The translations under genes and the position numbers were made by a program. The notes beneath the pieces were generated by a model that saw only the letters and a list, made by a program, of their open reading frames with translations, was not told where the DNA came from and did not search any database. A DNA stretch of 64,000 bases, from the IMG/VR virus record IMGVR_UViG_3300024272_002379; one strand, written 5' to 3'. The DNA comes from a virus. Taxonomy: Duplodnaviria; Caudoviricetes. Below, piece after piece: positions 57,907-64,000 of the stretch. Position 1 is the stretch's first letter, and every line of letters begins with the position of its first letter.

Positions 57907-58430
57907 TTTTCCTCACTCCCTGTAATGATATGTTGAACCAATTCATGGTTTAAAATAGCATCTGTAATTAATGTTTGTATGGTTTTCGATATTTGCATTG
58001 TTGATGCATCAGTATTTACGTATACCATTTTATACGTACCCTGTATAGATGCGTCAAGATTTAAAAAAGCAATTTGTTTATATGTGCCATCATATGTATG
58101 TGACATATAAACAGTGACTTGCTCTCTTCCATAAGATGTGTTTTCCCATGTTCTTATACCTATTTTTGTAAGTTTAGTAATGTCTGTAATGTCAAGTTCA
58201 GCTATAAAATAAGTTGTTTCTGGGCAGCCCGTCCACCATCTATTGGTAATGGTATTATTTGTAGAAAATATTTGACTCGTTGTTGGTGTATCTCTTACAA
58301 AACCATCATAAACGATACTAAATTTAGTATAAGGTATAATTGCTCCATCTTGGTCAAATACATTTATTCGACCAGCTCCTAAGCATCCATCTATCCTTTT
58401 GTATAAAAATTTTAAAAATACACTTTTCAT
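57903..58430 (-). CDS. discoidin-like module protein with shared C-terminal helix
   Basis: AAGGAGGT RBS before ATG 58430; tail KTIQTLITDAILNHELVQHII. Confidence 0.6.
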   Translation of the reverse strand: MKSVFLKFLYKRIDGCLGAGRINVFDQDGAIIPYTKFSIVYDGFVRDTPTTSQIFSTNNTITNRWWTGCPETTYFIAELDITDITKLTKIGIRTWENTSYGREQVTVYMSHTYDGTYKQIAFLNLDASIQGTYKMVYVNTDASTMQISKTIQTLITDAILNHELVQHIITGSEEK

Positions 58431-58434
58431 ATTC

Positions 58435-58872
58435 TTACCTCCTTGGCTCCCATCCGAACTTAATAAATACACCTTTTACCAAGTCAAGTTCTGCCGTAAT
58501 TTCGTGAGAATACGTATCTTCTGTTTCGGATTGGTATATCTTTAAAAATATACTGTAGGTAATATTAGTATTGTTTTTGATTTCTGTCTTAATAAATATA
58601 TCGTTATCTGTCCATAAATCATCTACGGTTAGTACATCAATGATTTTCAATTTGCCATATTCAGCTATCTCTTCTGTACATGGTTTGCCAATAATCTCTT
58701 CTAAGTCTGCACCAATTTCATCAACAAACCATGTTTTAGATATAGATTTTATACGGTTATACGCTAATTGAATACGCAAATCATTACCTTTATTAGTCTG
58801 TATGTCATGCGTATTGCTGTCAACTATGATTTCTCCCTCTGGAGTAAATCCAAAATCGAATCCTTCTGCCAT
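58435..58872 (-). CDS. baseplate wedge protein (gp25/gpW-like)
   Basis: D..F...G.I......D......Q....RI.....W......GADL...IG; located between the spike-like and baseplate J genes. Confidence 0.65.
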   Translation of the reverse strand: MAEGFDFGFTPEGEIIVDSNTHDIQTNKGNDLRIQLAYNRIKSISKTWFVDEIGADLEEIIGKPCTEEIAEYGKLKIIDVLTVDDLWTDNDIFIKTEIKNNTNITYSIFLKIYQSETEDTYSHEITAELDLVKGVFIKFGWEPRR

Positions 58873-58879
58873 AATTATA

Positions 58880-59590
58880 TCACTCCTTATTTGTTGTGTC
58901 ATTGATTATTTTACTTAAGTCAATTGTTTGATTATTAACTTGCAATGTTCCATATAAGCTAACTGTTTTGGTTTCAGGAGATATTCTAATACCTACACTA
59001 TTGGCTACAAAAATATCAATATCTCCATTTTCCTTAAGTTTTATTGTAGACTTAGTACTTAGATTAGTAATTCCCTGTTCTGCTTCTTTATATTTATCAA
59101 GAGTACTTAATACCTCATGTATCACTTCAGAAGAATCTATTTGACTATAGTCACCCAAATCATTGATATATTTCCCATAGTTAACATTTTCTTCTTCAAG
59201 CCAATTGCTTGTCATGGAAGTTATAGACCCTGGCTTTTCAATAGATAAAATACCAGAATCTATGATGTAAGCTCCTTGGTCTGTACATGTTTTTAATGCA
59301 TAGTTGTTTGATGTTAACCCAGTAATTATTGGATTATATATGTTATTCTTGATGAAGGTGATAGCACAGGTCTGGCCTGGATATATGCCAGCCCCTGTTA
59401 ATCCACCCAATGTATTGGCAATACTTACATTATCTCTGTACAAAAACCCTTCGCCATTTGGATTTAGATAACGTATCTTTGCAGTGTTAAGAACCATATT
59501 ATATTCAATGATAGTTGCAGTAGTATCATTGGATTGCTGTCTATTATTTTCTTCTATTTGTTGTTTTAATCTGTCTCTAACGATACCCAT
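58880..59590 (-). CDS. baseplate spike / gpV-like protein
   Basis: N-terminal OB-like region, C-terminal beta-strand repeats (STIKLKENGDIDI); follows the hub/lysin gene. Confidence 0.55.
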   Translation of the reverse strand: MGIVRDRLKQQIEENNRQQSNDTTATIIEYNMVLNTAKIRYLNPNGEGFLYRDNVSIANTLGGLTGAGIYPGQTCAITFIKNNIYNPIITGLTSNNYALKTCTDQGAYIIDSGILSIEKPGSITSMTSNWLEEENVNYGKYINDLGDYSQIDSSEVIHEVLSTLDKYKEAEQGITNLSTKSTIKLKENGDIDIFVANSVGIRISPETKTVSLYGTLQVNNQTIDLSKIINDTTNKE

Positions 59591-59607
59591 TTTATTTCTC
59601 CTATCAT

Positions 59608-62600
59608 TTAATCAAAATCTGGATTGTCTGTTGCGTTACCTTTAATGTTTTCTTCTGTGGCTGTTGCATTGTTATTCATGAGTAATATCTTTTCTCCACC
59701 TTTAACTCCAGCAACAAATGGATAGTTTTCCCACCATAACGGAAGTAGCACGCATACATTTTTATTATCTATCCATTCAAGAAAATCGGAAATTAAAATA
59801 TCAACCAAGGTCCATGCAATAAATCCGACAACCGCACCAACTCCGCCAGTTACCGCCCCTGCTATAGTTGTCGTTGCAGCTTTAATACCGTTATAGATTT
59901 GCTTTACACCTTTAGCTCCCTTAAGGGCGTCCTTGAATGTATCTGCAATTTCCCCAGCTTTGGCTAAGTTTTTTAAGTTTTTAGCTACTGTAAATGCCGT
60001 TTTGCGATAGTAAGCTAAAAATACCATATTCTCCAGTGACAACGCCCCATTAATTATTGAATGCTTAAGTACAGTAGAATTCATTTTATTGTTAATTATT
60101 TCAAAGTTACTAAATATAGTTAGATACTGTTCATAGTTGTTTCTTATTTGTCTACGAGTTTCGATATAACTTGAGAAACAATTCAACAGCATTAATAGGT
60201 TTTGACATGTAATTATCATACCAGATGTTTCTTGTGTATCAAATCCTATCATACCTGGAGTGACTGAAGTAGTGAATCCTGTATTAACATTAAAGCTGTG
60301 AACTACTTCTCGAACTAAAGCAACTCCATAAAGCTGAGCAAAGCTATCAGAAATCATAATATAATCATGGGGTTTAATTCCTGGCATACCCATCAAGATT
60401 ATTTGTCCTTGATATTGTTGTTGCCATCCATGTAGTAAGTTACTTATACCAACACGTTTTGCTGCTTCTTCACCAATATTATAACCCAAGAACTCTAATA
60501 TTTTATCAGGACCTAAAGCATCTTGACTAATTGGAGTGTCTAGGATGGTTGTTTTCTGATAAGCAAAATCAATAGTATCGTCACTATGCAATACCTTTGT
60601 TGATACTGGACTATCTCCTAAAGTATACATTACTTTGATATTTGTATTGCTAAACTTTGATGTAACTCTTATTTGATTATCAATAATATTACTCATTGAA
60701 TCTAATATGTGTGCTTGAGTTGATGCTTTACATTCTTCGTATACTTTTTTGTTAAGATAGTCATATCTGTATTTTTCCATCCAGAATGGTAATCCAAAAT
60801 ATATTCTGGAGTCAAATTGATGATATGATGGTTTTACAATATACTCAGGAACTTGCTGTGTACATACTTGGAATACATCCCATGGAGTCATATTGTATTT
60901 ATTAAATACAAAATTCTTTTCCCAATCTGCACCTAAGAAATCAGTATATATATAATGTTCTCTGCTGTAATCAGCTTTGTAAACATTTTTTAAAATATCA
61001 TACTGTTCTTGATAACCGTTCCACAAATCCGCTATTGTTATTGTATTGCCTTCAGATAAGAAATCTGTAAGTGTCAATCCAATTAAGGCACCTACGCCAA
61101 GTCCTATTAGCGTACCAGCTCCAGGAATCATACTACCAATTGCTGCTCCTATTGCTGCATACCCAATGGCACCAGTTGCGGCTCCTACTAAGATACTCAT
61201 TGCATTTTCATTAAAGTATAAACCAAAATGCTCAATACTATATTTAGAGCCTTCAAAGGTGTCTTTGTGAAGATAATTAAACCAAGATTGTCTAGCACAC
61301 ATTATATTTGAAATAATATTACTTGACTCCTGTTCTTCGAATAATCCGAAAAGACCAAGGAATCCATCGTTCGTGTCTTTTTCCGCTGCTGATGTAATAT
61401 GCTGAATTAGCTCATGCCCGTCAGAAGTAACTACGATACTTATTTGGTCGCCTAACGCCACATCACTGATATGACCATTCATTACTGGTGCTAAAGATAA
61501 TGGGTCAGAACCATAGCCCATTCTTAAATGAATTCTTGCTCCTTCTCTTAATTTAGCATGGTCATATATTACTTGATTTAATTTAATAAGTTTATCTGTC
61601 AATTTAGGACCAAAGCCTAACAACATACCAGTATGCTTATAAAATAATCTTGTAAGGTTTCCATATCCTTCATCGTTAGCAATACTGTAATTACTCAATC
61701 CACCCTGAGTTCTATCTAAGTTATGGTAGGAATTTGTAATAACAATAGTTGCAGTTTCAGTAGGCATGTCATTTGTAGCATGTACTGCAATGTCTACAAT
61801 AGAACGATGAATGTAATAATTTGTCCAAAGCTTTCTGCCATCATACCATTGAGCATTGTCATCTAGTATACAGAATAAATACGTAGGAAAAGCTCTTACT
61901 AAACGCCCTCTTCCTGAATACTGATACTCATCACAAAATGACGTATTAAATATATTTAATCCGCTATTTAAATGCTCTTTAGCATTTGTTTTAGCTGTAC
62001 CATTTTTCCAGAAGTTCCATCCTTCATCATAAACGATTGCATCGGTTTCTACTAATACTGGTTCGGCAAATCTTCCAGCGTCTTCTAATGTTACGGTATC
62101 ATAACTAACAGTATTCTCAGTTACGTTAGAGTTGCTAGATGCATCGCCTGTGCTAGATGAATCTACTATGTCATATTTAACGTTAGACCCTTGAGATGCA
62201 CTGCCCCAAAATGTATGACTACCTACTTCTCCTATTCTTGTATAGTTATCACTACGATTTTTATATGTAGCGTTTGTATCACTAGGAGTCAGGAAATACC
62301 ATGCTTGATAATTAGGCCACATCTTATCATTTTCACAAAATACAGCCTTTACATTATCTTCCACAGTAGAATTTAATTCTCCACTATAAGGAGGTTCAAA
62401 TTGACCTGACGCATTTAATATATTTGACAGACCTCCAAATTTTTTATCTTTATGTGTAAGTCTATCATATATTACTTGAGCAACTGCTTTTTCTGTGAAA
62501 GAAGGTTCTCCTTGTGTTTCTGCCATAACTACTCTACAAATTGATTCGAATTCCGCAGTTGTAAGAGTATAAGAATTATTGCTCACTCCAGAAACAAATG

Positions 62601-64000
62601 GAGCACTTGCCATTATAGAAGCTATCTTATTATCCCAGTTAGGGTCTGTAGCATACTGATGAACATTATTGTTCCATCTCATAGAGTGCAGTGTCTTCTG
62701 ATTGTATTTACCATTATAGTAATTTTTAGCAATCCATTTTGCACCTTCTATAATGCCAGCTTTAAAATTATTGAATGAATATGCTGATGCATATGGGCTT
62801 GCATCAAATGCGGCAATTCCAAAATAGTTGTTTTTCTCTCTAGCTATTTTTGATTTACCCCAGCCAGTTTCTTGTGCTGCATGAGCAAGAATATACCGTG
62901 GGTCTAACCCACTCTCATTTCCAGCTTGGATAAATATTGCCCCTTGTCCAATAAATGGAGAATCGGATGGTGCTTTTGAAGCAATCCAGTCATTCATTTC
63001 TTTTACTGAGATAGGTTTCCACTTACCAAGGTCTTGTCTTTTAATTCTTTCTATTGATGTTGAACTTCCAGAAGTAGTAGGGGAACCGATAAAAGCTTTT
63101 GGTCTTAAGCATATTCCGTTGTTAAAATATAGATTACTTATTTTTACTCCGCCCTCTGGATAAGGTGCATCGTTAGATGCATGAATAACTTGATTAGACC
63201 CTATATATATAACAGTATGGCTTTTATCGCTTTTACATAAAATATCTCCACGTTTTCGTTCTGAAAAATCAACTTTTTCAAATAAATCATCATCTACCAT
63301 TGAAGCTACGGTAAAGCGACCATGACTAGAAGGCAGTACTCCTATCTTCCTAAGCAAGTACGTGATATATCCAGAACAGTCAAAAGTTGGTTTACCTGTT
63401 GACGGGCTTATAGCACCCGATGCTCCCCATTCATATTCACATCCGATAAATGTATAGGCTAGAGAAATAAATTGCTCTATGAGGCTGGAATTGCCTCCCT
63501 CGCCTGAATAATTTGGGTACACTTCTGATATTTTCATTTTAGAAAATGCAGACCGTTGTTTTGGAGTATACTCATAATAACCCTCACCTGCTTCTTGCTG
63601 GAAAGACATATACGAACAAGGGTAAAATACATAGAAATCTGGGTCAACAAAAATGTTGTACTCTATAGAACTTCTGTCAATATCTTTCATATAAGCAACC
63701 CCATTTGATACGGTTACATCTATATTATTTTCTGGATTGGCACCATGTATCATACCAACTGGATTTGTTGGATACTCATTATAAGGAAGTGCTGTTAGTC
63801 CTTTGCGACTTCTAAAAGTTTTACATTTTTCTATAAAAGTATTTACTTCTTTATAAGTTGGAAGATGTAAATCAGGATATACTTCCATGGATGTTCTAAT
63901 TTTCCACTCAGCGTAATTATCCTGCTTGATTTTGGTAAGCAGACCTGCCATGGATTGTTCAATAGTTTCATCACTATATCCGTCTTCACCATTATGTACA
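59608..64000 (-). CDS. 5'-truncated tail hub/tail-lysin: NlpC/P60 + GH73 glucosaminidase + SleB/CwlJ-like hydrolase + hub region
   Basis: Y.WG...FDCSG...H..IY.G (NlpC/P60); LAHAAQETGWG.S...NNYFGI..YATDP.W (GH73); V.AE..GE......VA.VI.R....QF (Hydrolase_2). The frame stays open from 63951 to the window edge. Confidence 0.88.
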   Translation of the reverse strand, partial: VHNGEDGYSDETIEQSMAGLLTKIKQDNYAEWKIRTSMEVYPDLHLPTYKEVNTFIEKCKTFRSRKGLTALPYNEYPTNPVGMIHGANPENNIDVTVSNGVAYMKDIDRSSIEYNIFVDPDFYVFYPCSYMSFQQEAGEGYYEYTPKQRSAFSKMKISEVYPNYSGEGGNSSLIEQFISLAYTFIGCEYEWGASGAISPSTGKPTFDCSGYITYLLRKIGVLPSSHGRFTVASMVDDDLFEKVDFSERKRGDILCKSDKSHTVIYIGSNQVIHASNDAPYPEGGVKISNLYFNNGICLRPKAFIGSPTTSGSSTSIERIKRQDLGKWKPISVKEMNDWIASKAPSDSPFIGQGAIFIQAGNESGLDPRYILAHAAQETGWGKSKIAREKNNYFGIAAFDASPYASAYSFNNFKAGIIEGAKWIAKNYYNGKYNQKTLHSMRWNNNVHQYATDPNWDNKIASIMASAPFVSGVSNNSYTLTTAEFESICRVVMAETQGEPSFTEKAVAQVIYDRLTHKDKKFGGLSNILNASGQFEPPYSGELNSTVEDNVKAVFCENDKMWPNYQAWYFLTPSDTNATYKNRSDNYTRIGEVGSHTFWGSASQGSNVKYDIVDSSSTGDASSNSNVTENTVSYDTVTLEDAGRFAEPVLVETDAIVYDEGWNFWKNGTAKTNAKEHLNSGLNIFNTSFCDEYQYSGRGRLVRAFPTYLFCILDDNAQWYDGRKLWTNYYIHRSIVDIAVHATNDMPTETATIVITNSYHNLDRTQGGLSNYSIANDEGYGNLTRLFYKHTGMLLGFGPKLTDKLIKLNQVIYDHAKLREGARIHLRMGYGSDPLSLAPVMNGHISDVALGDQISIVVTSDGHELIQHITSAAEKDTNDGFLGLFGLFEEQESSNIISNIMCARQSWFNYLHKDTFEGSKYSIEHFGLYFNENAMSILVGAATGAIGYAAIGAAIGSMIPGAGTLIGLGVGALIGLTLTDFLSEGNTITIADLWNGYQEQYDILKNVYKADYSREHYIYTDFLGADWEKNFVFNKYNMTPWDVFQVCTQQVPEYIVKPSYHQFDSRIYFGLPFWMEKYRYDYLNKKVYEECKASTQAHILDSMSNIIDNQIRVTSKFSNTNIKVMYTLGDSPVSTKVLHSDDTIDFAYQKTTILDTPISQDALGPDKILEFLGYNIGEEAAKRVGISNLLHGWQQQYQGQIILMGMPGIKPHDYIMISDSFAQLYGVALVREVVHSFNVNTGFTTSVTPGMIGFDTQETSGMIITCQNLLMLLNCFSSYIETRRQIRNNYEQYLTIFSNFEIINNKMNSTVLKHSIINGALSLENMVFLAYYRKTAFTVAKNLKNLAKAGEIADTFKDALKGAKGVKQIYNGIKAATTTIAGAVTGGVGAVVGFIAWTLVDILISDFLEWIDNKNVCVLLPLWWENYPFVAGVKGGEKILLMNNNATATEENIKGNATDNPDFD

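Noticed and set aside
28252-58430. Diversity-generating retroelement targeting the lectin or fiber genes
   Set aside because: No reverse transcriptase is in the window, and I saw no ~100-bp repeat pair differing only at adenines. An element outside the window cannot be excluded.
51646-58430. Invertible shufflon or CRISPR-like array
   Set aside because: All genes are complete, co-oriented and have their own RBS. The repeats are degenerate, coding and irregularly spaced, and no recombinase is nearby.
928-62376. Many short ORFs in the track that are antisense to, or nested in, long genes (e.g. 1037-1324, 14920-15378, 30739-31161)
   Set aside because: They overlap well-supported genes, lack RBSs and show no motifs, so they are treated as shadow ORFs.
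1-64000. Stop-codon reassignment (TAG or TGA), as in some gut phages
   Set aside because: Long genes are intact under code 11, and many genes end in TAG followed directly by the next RBS.
1-64000. Bacterial chromosome or integrated prophage (because of dnaX, folD, spoVG, nrdDG)
   Set aside because: Host-like genes are interspersed with phage replication, lysis and tail genes. No integrase, att site or bacterial operon context was seen.

Overview
This AT-rich 64-kb window is part of a large tailed phage genome with contractile-tail (baseplate J/gp25-like) genes. The host is probably an anaerobic, spore-forming Firmicute, based on sigmaA-type promoters, GGAGG RBSs, SpoVG, class III RNR and holin/endolysin genes. 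Positions 1-4277 (+) encode a partial resolvase-like gene, dnaX, thyX, spoVG and small accessory genes, ending at a bidirectional terminator. Positions 4328-18098 (-) form a replication, nucleotide-metabolism and lysis block: SSAP-like protein, AEP primase, dUTPase, DnaB, nrdD/nrdG, GNAT, RuvC, sigma factor, endolysin and holin. Positions 18279-64000 (-) form a long virion/tail/baseplate region rich in Ig, FN3, vWA, C-type lectin, discoidin and beta-helix domains. Four observations stand out. (1) Seven genes at 51.6-58.4 kb have different adhesin-like heads but share one short helical motif (IKxxVLxAIxNHELxxKY/H; clear in five, weaker in two), a candidate modular docking system. An intact folD sits inside this array and has a similar N-terminal helix. 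(2) A TTT-CCC-TAG site at about 31.43 kb looks like a +1 programmed frameshift joining two ORFs. (3) A promoter-hairpin-terminator unit at about 18.2 kb may make a small RNA or a leaderless 16-aa peptide. (4) Several small genes are missing from the ORF track, including an Ogr/Delta-like zinc finger with its own promoter. I saw no tRNA, rRNA, CRISPR array, integrase or reverse transcriptase. All family assignments come from motif recognition by eye; no database searches were run.
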